Shown in pieces: positions 20,663 to 29,870 of a DNA stretch of 64,000 nt (positions are counted from its first letter, which is position 1; each line of letters starts with the position of its first letter). A model generated the notes under the pieces. It ran no database searches and had not been told where the DNA came from. It was given only the letters and a program-made list of their open reading frames with translations. The stretch is from a virus, in IMG/VR virus record IMGVR_UViG_3300042197_004429, positions 96,001 to 160,000 of that record. One strand, given 5' to 3'. The translations under genes were made by a program, and so were the position numbers.

Positions 20663-22197
20663 TAGACTCTACTATTGAAATTTTTACAGAATTTACTGGC
20701 TTGTTCAGGTATTGAGATTAAATCTAATTCTTTTCCATCCATATCGCTCACAGCATGCTCATAAGTATTACAAATAGGTTTTCCTGCTCTATTTAATGAT
20801 GTGTTTATGAAACATTGATGACCTGTAATTTTCCCATACTCTGTGAGAATTTCATGTAACCAAGGATCTTTTTCTTTGTAAACAACTTGCGGCCTTGAAG
20901 ATAGATCACGATGCACAATTGCAGGCAAATGTTCTTGACATTCTTTTGTACATTCACACCGATACTGCATGTATTCTCCCTTCGGTCCAATAAAGTATTT
21001 GTTAAACTCTTCATTTGTTACTATGGGTGCAACGGGCCTATAGAACTCTCGTCCTTTTATCGTCTCAGAAACTATTTTTAAATTTTCGTATTTTGTTGCC
21101 GATGCAAAAATTGAACGAAAACCCAAAGCACGAGGCCCAGCCTCGCTTTTTCCACGAAGTAATCCCACCACTTTATCTTGCGCAATTAATTTTGCTATTT
21201 CTTTTGGCTCTTGTGGGCCTTTTTGAGGCAAAGATTTATGAATATCATTAATTGCTGGCGTGCTTATCTTATTGGGCCAACTTTTATTCGCATGAAAATA
21301 ACCAAAGACAGCCGCCCCCAAACACAACCCGGTATCATTTATTGGTGGGCAAAAAACCACATCATCTGTGTATTTGGTAACCCTGGTGTTTAATTCTAAA
21401 GCGAGTGCTGTTCCTCCGCTTAATACAATTCCACGATTTTGTTTGTATTTTTCAATATTTTGTTTTAATTTTTCCCAAATTTCTTCAATAATAAATTTAT
21501 AAAAACCTGATATGAATTCCAAATCTGATTGGGATGGGTTATTAAAATGAGGAAAACATGGATCAAAATTATAATAATTCATTGTAGAATTTATTAACTT
21601 TAAAAAGTTTTCTTTGTTAAATTCTAATTTGTTTGGAATAAAACCCGACAGTCCCATTGCTTTTCCAGGTGTGTTGACTCCAAGCAAGTGAGACACGGGT
21701 ATACTTGTTGGAATTGCTATTGATTCGTCAAATTTTTTGAATTCATTTTGATTTATTAATCCTACCAAAGAAGATTTTAAAGGTTTTGAAAAATCTGCCG
21801 TTGGCCCACAGCCGTCAAAAGATATAAATAGTCTTTCGTTATCATTGGGTCTATAAAGCCAAGATGCAAAAGTATGTGCTAAATGATGATCTAAAACAAA
21901 ATGCAAGCTATTTCTACCATGTCCACCAAAAGGATTAGATTTTAATTGTCTAACCAACGTTTCATCGTATCCATCCACAGTAAAAGATTCTTCAAGTGCA
22001 TAAGTCGATGTAAAAATATATTCTTCGTTAATATCCAGAAGATGCGGGAAAGAGGCTAAAATTGGTCCAATGTTATTTGCCATGCATTTAAATCTTGGTT
22101 CATATCTTTCACTTTGTGCATAAAATTCTAAATCTCCATTTTCATCAATTATTGCAATTGATGAATCGTGACCCATATGATAGCCTACATATTTCAT
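20659..22197 (-). CDS. Carbamoyltransferase (NodU/CmcH/TobZ family), paralog 2
   Basis: GHDSS, HHLAH, FDGCG, GPRALGFRSI, FYRPVAP, INTSLN. Confidence 0.9.
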   Translation of the reverse strand: MKYVGYHMGHDSSIAIIDENGDLEFYAQSERYEPRFKCMANNIGPILASFPHLLDINEEYIFTSTYALEESFTVDGYDETLVRQLKSNPFGGHGRNSLHFVLDHHLAHTFASWLYRPNDNERLFISFDGCGPTADFSKPLKSSLVGLINQNEFKKFDESIAIPTSIPVSHLLGVNTPGKAMGLSGFIPNKLEFNKENFLKLINSTMNYYNFDPCFPHFNNPSQSDLEFISGFYKFIIEEIWEKLKQNIEKYKQNRGIVLSGGTALALELNTRVTKYTDDVVFCPPINDTGLCLGAAVFGYFHANKSWPNKISTPAINDIHKSLPQKGPQEPKEIAKLIAQDKVVGLLRGKSEAGPRALGFRSIFASATKYENLKIVSETIKGREFYRPVAPIVTNEEFNKYFIGPKGEYMQYRCECTKECQEHLPAIVHRDLSSRPQVVYKEKDPWLHEILTEYGKITGHQCFINTSLNRAGKPICNTYEHAVSDMDGKELDLISIPEQASKFCKNFNSRVY

Positions 22198-22272
22198 TTT
22201 TGCCTCACAAATCTTATATTTTATAAATGATTTTGAGTTTATTTTTTAATTGCACGTTATAATAAATAAAAT

Positions 22273-23394
22273 ATGTTAAAAACGTCCCACACAATCGAGT
22301 CTTTTTGTTCTTATCCTTTCACCAGACTAAAGTTTACTCCAGAGGGCGATGTTACCATGTGTTGTTTTCAAACTAGAAAGTGTTTGGGCAATATATTAGA
22401 AAAATCTCTTGAGCAAATTTGGTTTAGCGATTTGGCTAAAAAAATCAGATCAGAGACCGAGAAAGGCCGTCTTCATCGATTATGTGCCAACAATGTTTGT
22501 CCATTTTTTTACGACACAGACAAAAAAAACTTTGAATTTAATGCTTGTTCGTATCCCATCGAGTTTGAAATTGATCTTCCTACACAACATTGCAATATTG
22601 GCGGTGAAAATCCTAGCGCTAAAAATCCTGCTTGTATAATGTGCGAAAGAAATATGCCTTCATTCAAGCATCAAAAAGATTATTTAAATGAAATATGTAA
22701 AAAATTAAAGCCATATACAAGATATTTAAAAGCATTACATATACAAGGAATTGCTGAGTCTTTTTGGAAAGATAGAATTTTTGAAATTATAAATATTCTC
22801 GGTGTTGAAACTTATAAAAGAAAAATTCGTATTTCAACAACAACAAATGGAACTCTTATGAGCGAAAAAAGATCAAAAAGGTTTTTAGACTTTCCTCTTT
22901 CAACTATAGTGTGGTCTTTAGATGCATCTACTCCAGAAACTTATAAAAAAATAAGACAAGTAGACATGTATAATAAAATAATTGAAAATCTCAAATTCTA
23001 CGCAAAAGAAAGAGATCCTTGCAATCAATTTTTGCATATTCACAATACTATAAACACCATTAATTTAGATGAAGTTGTTGGCATGGTAGAGATTGCTGCT
23101 GAAGTCGGAGTTAATTGCTTAGAATTTAATGCTACTTATGGTGGTCTTGATATTTGTGTAAACAAAAATAATTTTCTTTTATTTAAAGATGCTCAAAATA
23201 AAATTATAGAAATTTCTCAAAAACTTGGAGTTTATACAATTTTTATGCGTGATTTATACTTGGATTTTGATTCTAATATTGAAAATAATCTTATTCAACT
23301 ACAGGTTACAAAAAAAGATGATAATCAAAGCCTTCCAGATTATTTAAAACCAATAGATATTAATTTGTCACCAGACGGACAACTATTTGATTAA
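22273..23394 (+). CDS. Radical SAM protein with N-terminal SPASM/twitch domain (paralog 4)
   Basis: CSYPF..CC; C-x13-C-x2-C; TTNGTL, SLDAST.ETYKKIR. Confidence 0.8.
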   Translation: MLKTSHTIESFCSYPFTRLKFTPEGDVTMCCFQTRKCLGNILEKSLEQIWFSDLAKKIRSETEKGRLHRLCANNVCPFFYDTDKKNFEFNACSYPIEFEIDLPTQHCNIGGENPSAKNPACIMCERNMPSFKHQKDYLNEICKKLKPYTRYLKALHIQGIAESFWKDRIFEIINILGVETYKRKIRISTTTNGTLMSEKRSKRFLDFPLSTIVWSLDASTPETYKKIRQVDMYNKIIENLKFYAKERDPCNQFLHIHNTINTINLDEVVGMVEIAAEVGVNCLEFNATYGGLDICVNKNNFLLFKDAQNKIIEISQKLGVYTIFMRDLYLDFDSNIENNLIQLQVTKKDDNQSLPDYLKPIDINLSPDGQLFD

Positions 23395-23434
23395 CAATAG
23401 TAAATATAAGCAGGACATAATTAAAGGAGGATTT

Positions 23435-23683
23435 ATGTTTTATATACTTGGTTGGTTATTTTATGGTCTTTTAGTAGGCTTAATCGCAAAAGCATTTCAT
23501 CCCGGAGATGAAGCAAAAGGTTTTCTTCCAACAATTGGAATAGGTATAGCTGGCAGCTATGTTGGTGGATTAATCAATTATTTAATAGGCGCAGGTGGTA
23601 GCCCAATTTCGCCATCAGGTTTTTTGATGGGAATAGTTGGCGGCGTTTTGTTTTGTTGGATCTATAAAAAATATTTAGCCTAA
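23435..23683 (+). CDS. GlsB/YeaQ/YmgE family (transglycosylase-associated) membrane protein
   Basis: GLLVGLIAKAFHPG...TIGIGIAGSYVGG; SD AAGGAGG before ATG 23435. Confidence 0.85.
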   Translation: MFYILGWLFYGLLVGLIAKAFHPGDEAKGFLPTIGIGIAGSYVGGLINYLIGAGGSPISPSGFLMGIVGGVLFCWIYKKYLA

Positions 23684-23719
23684 ATTGTTTGGGGGCTTTT
23701 TGCCCCCAAACAATCTTTT
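23684..23719 (+). terminator. Rho-independent terminator-like hairpin
   Basis: attgtttgggggc-ttttt-gcccccaaacaat followed by ctttt. Confidence 0.75.
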
Positions 23720-24189
23720 GCAACGGAGGGAACCGTGCAAAAATTTTGCTTTTCAATCAAGCCATACACTCAAGGAAGTTTGTGGTTTTTTGACGATTTA
23801 AAAAATGGACTTGTCAAAGAACCCCTGACCGATGGTGTGCCACAGGTCATAACTAGGGCTTGCCAAAAAAAAATCATTAAATCAAAATATCCAAATACAT
23901 TTTTCAAATTTTGAATTTAGTGAATTTGTTCTTGATTTTCGAAAGCCACTTAGAAACGGAAATGTTTACCACTGGAAAAAAGAAGGTTTAACGTGTTGGT
24001 TTTGCCCAGCATTATTTAAATATTTTGTTGTTGCTCCTAAAAAATCTGGTTTTTTCTAAACCAAACAAAAAACTAAAATCAAAATCAGATTTGCTGATTA
24101 TATTATATTTTGGTATATTCCGGCCCGGTGGTGTGTACGATCTGGTTCAACTCCAGCCTCACATCATCGGGCTTTTTTTTGGAGATTTT

Positions 24190-25941
24190 ATGGAAAACCA
24201 ACAAGATGTACAGGCACACATTGAAAGAGAAGTTCAAAGAAAAACAAGTAGGCTTCTCATACAACACAATGAAGAAATTTCTGAACTAAAAAAAATTATT
24301 GAACAGTGCAAATCGGATTTGGTTCGTCAACATAACATAATATCCAAATTATCGTCCGAGCCTCTTGTTTATGGCTATTTACTTAAAGTCCACAAGTTAG
24401 TGGACCCTGCTTGTTTTAAAAATAATGATGAAATTATTGTCGTTGATGAAAATAGTCCTCATTTTCAAAAAGGTGGCAAAGTTATTCTTTCTTCAAGTTG
24501 GGATAGCGTTGTTGATCCGGACGGTAGTGTTTTAGTTAGATTATTGGACAACACAGAGGAAAGATTTTTTATAGGTTCAAAACAAGGCCAACCTGCACAA
24601 ATTCGTTTAACACAAAAAGCCGATGGAACATATGCCGTTGTGCAAATTGATGGCAAGCCGTGGGAGATACAAGGCTTGCCTTTTTTAGATCTTTGCGTAG
24701 GCGACTCAGTAAAAGTAAAACCTGACAACAAAGCCATAGTTGATAAAGCAGAGGATTTGCCCGCTGGTCCAATTTGCGTTGTGTCAACCGTTTTAGATCA
24801 AAATATAGAAGTTTTATACAAGGGCGATAAATTTTTAGTTTTCAATCCTAAAAACTTTACTTTAGAAGAGGGCGATAGAGTCCTAACCGACTATAATCTC
24901 TTTTCTGTTACAAAAAAACTCGAAAAAGAAAATCATTCTAAATATAAAATTTCAGAAGATTTGAATGTGAGTTGGGACGATGTTGGTGGGTTAGAAGTTG
25001 CAAAACAAGAATTAAAGAGTGCTTTAGAGTTTCCTTTTCTTTATCCTGATCTCTTTAAGCATTACAACATGGAAGGTTTGCGAGGAGTATTATTATACGG
25101 TCCTCCAGGTTGTGGTAAGACTCTTCTCGCAAGAGTTTGTGCTCATTCGATTGCAAAAACTCACGGAAAACAAGCAATAGACTCAGCGTACATTTATGTG
25201 AAATCACCAGAAATTTTAGATAAATGGGTCGGCAATACCGAAAGAGAAATTCGTGAATTGTTTGAACGTGGCAGAAGGCATTATCGTGAACATGGCTATA
25301 AGGCTATTCTTGCAATTGATGAAGCGGATGCAATTATGCCTCAGCGTGGCACACGCAGAAGTAGCGACATAGCCGATACTATAGTGCCAATGTTTTTAGG
25401 AGAAATGGACGGCATTGATAGCGTTCAAACAAAAGAGAATCCAATTGTCGTTTTGATGACTAATCGTGCCGATGTGTTGGACCCCGCTATTACTCGTCCG
25501 GGAAGAATTAGCCGTCATATCAAAATTGATAGACCAAACGAGATTACATCAATTGATATATTAAAAATTCACTCCGTTGAAGTTCCTTTTTCCAAAGAAG
25601 AAGAGAAAGAAGCGATCCTGACCATAACAACAGCCGACGTTTTTTCTAAAAATCATATCTTGTATAGAGTTAACAATGAACATGATTTTACACTTGGAAA
25701 TTGTGTTAACGGAGCCATGTTGTCGAATATTTTAGAAATCGCTAAAATGAATGCGTTGCATAGAGATATTGAAAACAACACAACTACCGGCGTGGATTTA
25801 GAAGACTTTCGCTTGGCGGTTAAAAAAGTTTATCGTCAACAAAGAGGATTAAATCACTCCTATGACTTACAAGACTTTGCTGAAAGTTTAGGAATTCAAC
25901 ATCAAAACATGCAAATTGAACGTTGCTTTGGATCTTTTTAA
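24190..25941 (+). CDS. ARC/Mpa (proteasome-ATPase)-like AAA+ protein
   Basis: N-terminal coiled coil, beta-rich (OB-like) middle, GVLLYGPPGCGKT, KWVG pore loop, IDEADA, TNRADVLDPAITRPGR. Start refined to 24190. Confidence 0.75.
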   Translation: MENQQDVQAHIEREVQRKTSRLLIQHNEEISELKKIIEQCKSDLVRQHNIISKLSSEPLVYGYLLKVHKLVDPACFKNNDEIIVVDENSPHFQKGGKVILSSSWDSVVDPDGSVLVRLLDNTEERFFIGSKQGQPAQIRLTQKADGTYAVVQIDGKPWEIQGLPFLDLCVGDSVKVKPDNKAIVDKAEDLPAGPICVVSTVLDQNIEVLYKGDKFLVFNPKNFTLEEGDRVLTDYNLFSVTKKLEKENHSKYKISEDLNVSWDDVGGLEVAKQELKSALEFPFLYPDLFKHYNMEGLRGVLLYGPPGCGKTLLARVCAHSIAKTHGKQAIDSAYIYVKSPEILDKWVGNTEREIRELFERGRRHYREHGYKAILAIDEADAIMPQRGTRRSSDIADTIVPMFLGEMDGIDSVQTKENPIVVLMTNRADVLDPAITRPGRISRHIKIDRPNEITSIDILKIHSVEVPFSKEEEKEAILTITTADVFSKNHILYRVNNEHDFTLGNCVNGAMLSNILEIAKMNALHRDIENNTTTGVDLEDFRLAVKKVYRQQRGLNHSYDLQDFAESLGIQHQNMQIERCFGSF

Positions 25942-25959
25942 CAAGGAAAAATAAAAATT

Positions 25960-26460
25960 ATGGACGCTTTAACATCTAAATTTAACATTTACGATATTGA
26001 AACTTTGATAGAGGCTATGGGCGACTGGGAAATGATGGGCAACCATGATTTTCATGTGTTACAAATGATAAAAAATGCACCCATGCCACCAGAAGACTCA
26101 GAGGCTTTTGATGTTATGAATCAAATAAAAGAAGTTTTTCGTTCAAGAGAAAAAGATATTTTAGCTGGAAGAGCTATGAGGCAAGAAAAGGCAATATTTC
26201 TTAAAGCCAAACTGCTAATGGTTCGCAGCAAACTTACGAGCGGTCAACTTTTTGACATGGGCGAAAATAGTGATGTTGCGAATCAAATAAACACGAAAGA
26301 ATCAGCAAAGGCAATTGTCAAAAAGAATTTAGAAAAATCAAACTTAGAAAAGAAACTTGAACTAGCCGAATATTTCATAAAAGATCTTGGGGTTTGGGAT
26401 CATTTTCAAAAGTTTCTATCGGATAGTGCGGGGGCTTTAGATAAAAACAAGACTAAATGA
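25960..26460 (+). CDS. Hypothetical protein
   Basis: 166 aa ORF, tightly packed in the operon. Confidence 0.7.
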   Translation: MDALTSKFNIYDIETLIEAMGDWEMMGNHDFHVLQMIKNAPMPPEDSEAFDVMNQIKEVFRSREKDILAGRAMRQEKAIFLKAKLLMVRSKLTSGQLFDMGENSDVANQINTKESAKAIVKKNLEKSNLEKKLELAEYFIKDLGVWDHFQKFLSDSAGALDKNKTK

Positions 26461-27419
26461 AAAATGTAAATATATTTCAAGGCGATTGTATTGATATTGA
26501 CAAGAGAATCGCAAGCGAATCCGTTGATTTGGGAATTTTTGATCCCCCCTTTGGTTTGGGTGAGTCTACGTTTGATAAGCATTATAAACGAGACGAAAAT
26601 AATGTAATCGACGGATATAGAGAGGCACCCGAAGATTATGAAAAATGGACCTTTGATTGGCTATCAGAGGCGTGTCGTGTTTTGAAATCAAATGGTTCCA
26701 TGTACGTTTTCATGGGACACACCAATCTTCGACATCTTCTAAACGCTGCTCATAAGTTGAATCTTTTTGAGATTAACCATTTAATATGGAAATATAATTT
26801 TGGGGTTTACACAAATAAAAAATTTGTGACATCTCATTATCATGTTCTTTATTATAAGAAGTCTAAAAAATCTCAAGTTAAATTTAACACCTTCTGTAGA
26901 TTTGGCTCTCAAGAGAAAGACGATAAGAACGGATCTTTATTATATCAAGATTTAGAGGATGTGTTTTTTGTAAATCGTGAATATGCTTTTGGAGAGAAAA
27001 AAAATCAAAATAAGTTACCTGAAGAGGTGATTAGAAAATTAATATTGTATTCTTCAAATGAAAATGATCTTGTTTGTGATTTCTTTATGGGCAACTTCAC
27101 CACGGCTTTTGTGGCAAAAAAACTTGGCAGAAAGGTGACTGGATATGAGATTAATAAAAACTCTTATGAACTCAATATGCCCAAGTTAGAAACGGTTGAA
27201 TACGGTTGTGATTTGAAGAAATTAAAAAAGGTTGAAAATTTAAAACCTTTAAATCAAGGGAAAAAAATATCAAAAGAAGAAATTGATTCTATAAAAAAAG
27301 ATTATCTTTCGATGTTAGAAGAAGGATATAAAAAAGGTAATATTCATTTAGAATTACAAAAAAAATATGGGCGAGGTCGTTTTTCAATAAAAAATATTAT
27401 TGATAAATGTTTGTTTTAA
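26457..27419 (+). CDS. DNA N6-adenine/N4-cytosine methyltransferase (beta class)
   Basis: DPPF catalytic motif precedes the SAM-binding DFFMGNFTT motif; NQNKLPE..IRKLI..SS.ENDLV. Confidence 0.9.
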   Translation: MKNVNIFQGDCIDIDKRIASESVDLGIFDPPFGLGESTFDKHYKRDENNVIDGYREAPEDYEKWTFDWLSEACRVLKSNGSMYVFMGHTNLRHLLNAAHKLNLFEINHLIWKYNFGVYTNKKFVTSHYHVLYYKKSKKSQVKFNTFCRFGSQEKDDKNGSLLYQDLEDVFFVNREYAFGEKKNQNKLPEEVIRKLILYSSNENDLVCDFFMGNFTTAFVAKKLGRKVTGYEINKNSYELNMPKLETVEYGCDLKKLKKVENLKPLNQGKKISKEEIDSIKKDYLSMLEEGYKKGNIHLELQKKYGRGRFSIKNIIDKCLF

Positions 27420-27457
27420 CCACCAAATACTAAATATATTGTTTAGTATTTGGTGGT
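27419..27457. repeat. Perfect 16-bp inverted repeat
   Basis: accaccaaatactaaa-tatattg-tttagtatttggtggt, ending 5 nt before the HNH start codon. Confidence 0.85.
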
Positions 27458-27462
27458 AATAG

Positions 27463-28125
27463 ATGCCTTGTTGGAAGCCAGTTATAACAATCTCATGGAA
27501 ATTTGATTCTCTTGAATCTTATCAAAATTGTTTAAAAAAAGTTAAATCTCAAATAGATGAGATCATAGACACTGACCCTCATGGTCAAGATTTTGAAGAT
27601 TTTTCTATACAAGTAGATCTTGTCAAAATGAAAGATCGCAAAAAGTTAATTCACGTACAAAAATATGACCCGGATGAAATTTTTTCTTTAGTCACACAAG
27701 AAGATGAGAAAAAAGAATTTATTGTTGGAGAAAAAAGTTATTTTGTTCGAATGAATTCAAGTCGTTATCACGTTTTCAAATCTAACAAAAGTTGTGTGTC
27801 TTGTGGTTTACAAGGCAAATATATGATATTAGACATTAATCCAGGCGATATGTGTCCTCACTTTAATTTTTACGCTGAAGAAAATGGGAGACTTGTCTTG
27901 ATGACAAAAGATCACATAATTGCCAAATCCAAAGGCGGAACCAACGACCTGTCTAACTTTCAAACTTGCTGTGCTATTTGTAATAATTTAAAGGCTGATT
28001 ACGATTTAAGTTATGAAAAAGTCAAGGAATTAAGAAAAATTTATAAAAATGACGATAAACTTTCCAAAAAAGAACTTCGTGATTTATTAAATAAAACAAG
28101 AGAAAATATGGTTCCAAAAAATTAA
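27463..28125 (+). CDS. HNH endonuclease
   Basis: CVSC...MTKDHIIAKSKGGTNDLSNFQTCCAICNNLK. Confidence 0.88.
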   Translation: MPCWKPVITISWKFDSLESYQNCLKKVKSQIDEIIDTDPHGQDFEDFSIQVDLVKMKDRKKLIHVQKYDPDEIFSLVTQEDEKKEFIVGEKSYFVRMNSSRYHVFKSNKSCVSCGLQGKYMILDINPGDMCPHFNFYAEENGRLVLMTKDHIIAKSKGGTNDLSNFQTCCAICNNLKADYDLSYEKVKELRKIYKNDDKLSKKELRDLLNKTRENMVPKN

Positions 28126-28128
28126 TTT

Positions 28129-28833
28129 TTACAAAAACTTAAATCTTGATTTTTGATCATCATAGTGGTTGTATTTTAAGTAATTTGATATCACAAAAGC
28201 CAGCACAGTACCCATGTTTGATGCTTCTTCCTTATTTTTTCTAAATTTATAAGGTATTTCTAGTTGCATTGATTGAACCATGGCATCATTGCTATGTTTT
28301 CTAAAATATTGATTTAAGTTGTTTGTATCTCTACCGGCATATTTGCCACCACCCTTTCCTTCAAATACACTTTTTTTAACAACATTTTCAAAACAATCAC
28401 AAAATAAATTTTTCCTCCATAATTGACAAGTGAGACTATCTTTTTTTATCCCCAATCCATAACCTACCACCATAGCAACTTCTTCACCGGCTCTTTTGTG
28501 AACTATGTCACCACACCCATGAATATAAAAAATATTTAATTCACTTATTTTGTGCCATTTATGAACAATTTTATTTTTTAATTTAATTATTGGCCTAAGA
28601 AACTCTTCGTAAACTACGTCTTGTTTGCAGTGATCAATTCTATTGCAGTTCGCTTTATCGTTGTTGACATCAACCAACTCTGATCTTTCAAAGCCCCTAT
28701 TTATAACGGCATAACAATTTAGTTCTTTTGCGGCTTGTTCAGCAATAATGTCTGTGTTGGTGTCATCTGCACCATGGGGTGCAACCAACATTACATTTTT
28801 TTTACCCAAGATTATAGACACACGTTCTTTCAT
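28129..28833 (-). CDS. N-formylglutamate amidohydrolase-like Zn hydrolase
   Basis: LVAPHG, IFYIHG and MQLEIP motifs. Confidence 0.5.
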   Translation of the reverse strand: MKERVSIILGKKNVMLVAPHGADDTNTDIIAEQAAKELNCYAVINRGFERSELVDVNNDKANCNRIDHCKQDVVYEEFLRPIIKLKNKIVHKWHKISELNIFYIHGCGDIVHKRAGEEVAMVVGYGLGIKKDSLTCQLWRKNLFCDCFENVVKKSVFEGKGGGKYAGRDTNNLNQYFRKHSNDAMVQSMQLEIPYKFRKNKEEASNMGTVLAFVISNYLKYNHYDDQKSRFKFL

Positions 28834-29543
28834 AAATGAATTTTTCTCTTTTTGTTTTTAAAAATGTTAAAAGCTTCATGATTCTTTGTTCTGTTTAAGC
28901 CTATGAAATGATAACCTTTTCCTTCGCACAATGTATATTCGCAATTTGTTATTGATTCTTTAGGTATTATAATATAATTCTTATTATCCAAAAGTGCAAG
29001 AGCGACTAATCCTTGTTCGTCAAAAGTTTCATTTTTGTCATGCTCATATAGCGCATTTTTTTCCCATTTTTCCCCAACGTAAAATTTTATGTATTTTTCG
29101 AAATCGAAATTTGGAGGCATACCATAAACCCCACTGTTTATACAAAATTTTGGAGGAACATGATTTTCAAATCTCCCGTAAGTTCTCCCTAAATCTTCTA
29201 ACAACAAAGTGAAATTATCTTTTTCAAGAAAATCATCTATTTGCTCTATCCTGTCAGTCAGAATTATGTCATTGTCTATTGATATTTCGTGTCTTTTTGA
29301 ATCTAATCTTGGTGGGTATAGTTTCCAAGCAACACCCGTTGCTTCTGGCATTCCATTGATTTTTTTTTGTTGTTCTACTAAATTAAATTTTTTCACTTGT
29401 TGTGGAAGTTGATCTAATTCACAATTATAGCAAATAAACACATCGGCTTGGTAATACTTTAAAAATGAATTGATTGATTCTATCAAACATTCATATCCGT
29501 CTTTGCTTGTTTTTCCAATTGTCCACTTTGCTAAAGGTCTCAT
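28830..29543 (-). CDS. Putative glycosyltransferase-like protein
   Basis: WKLYPPR..ISIDND (DxD), INSG.YG, DEQG. Confidence 0.5.
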   Translation of the reverse strand: MRPLAKWTIGKTSKDGYECLIESINSFLKYYQADVFICYNCELDQLPQQVKKFNLVEQQKKINGMPEATGVAWKLYPPRLDSKRHEISIDNDIILTDRIEQIDDFLEKDNFTLLLEDLGRTYGRFENHVPPKFCINSGVYGMPPNFDFEKYIKFYVGEKWEKNALYEHDKNETFDEQGLVALALLDNKNYIIIPKESITNCEYTLCEGKGYHFIGLNRTKNHEAFNIFKNKKRKIHL

Positions 29544-29870
29544 AAAAAAATTATTAATTATAGATAAATAATTCTAACAAAAAAGGTATTTTTGAAAAAC
29601 AAATCAAATATTATTGATTTAAGCGACTGCAATAAGATAGTTGTTTCCAAAATTATTCTATCTGTTGTGGGTTATTTTGAGTCTCAAGGAAAGAAAGTAA
29701 GTCTCAAAAAGAAACCACAAAAAACCCATAAAATCCTAACTGTACAAAAAACCACTTGACATAGTGCGTATAATGTATTGGTGGCCCAAAAATACACAGC
29801 CCCATAGCCCGCCCATAATTTTTTTGATACCAACTAGAGCGGCGTACCCCACCAACCGGAGAAACCGAAG

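Noticed and set aside
29756-29774. Perfect TTGACA and TATAAT hexamers
   Set aside because: The spacer is only 7 nt, which is incompatible with a sigma70 promoter.
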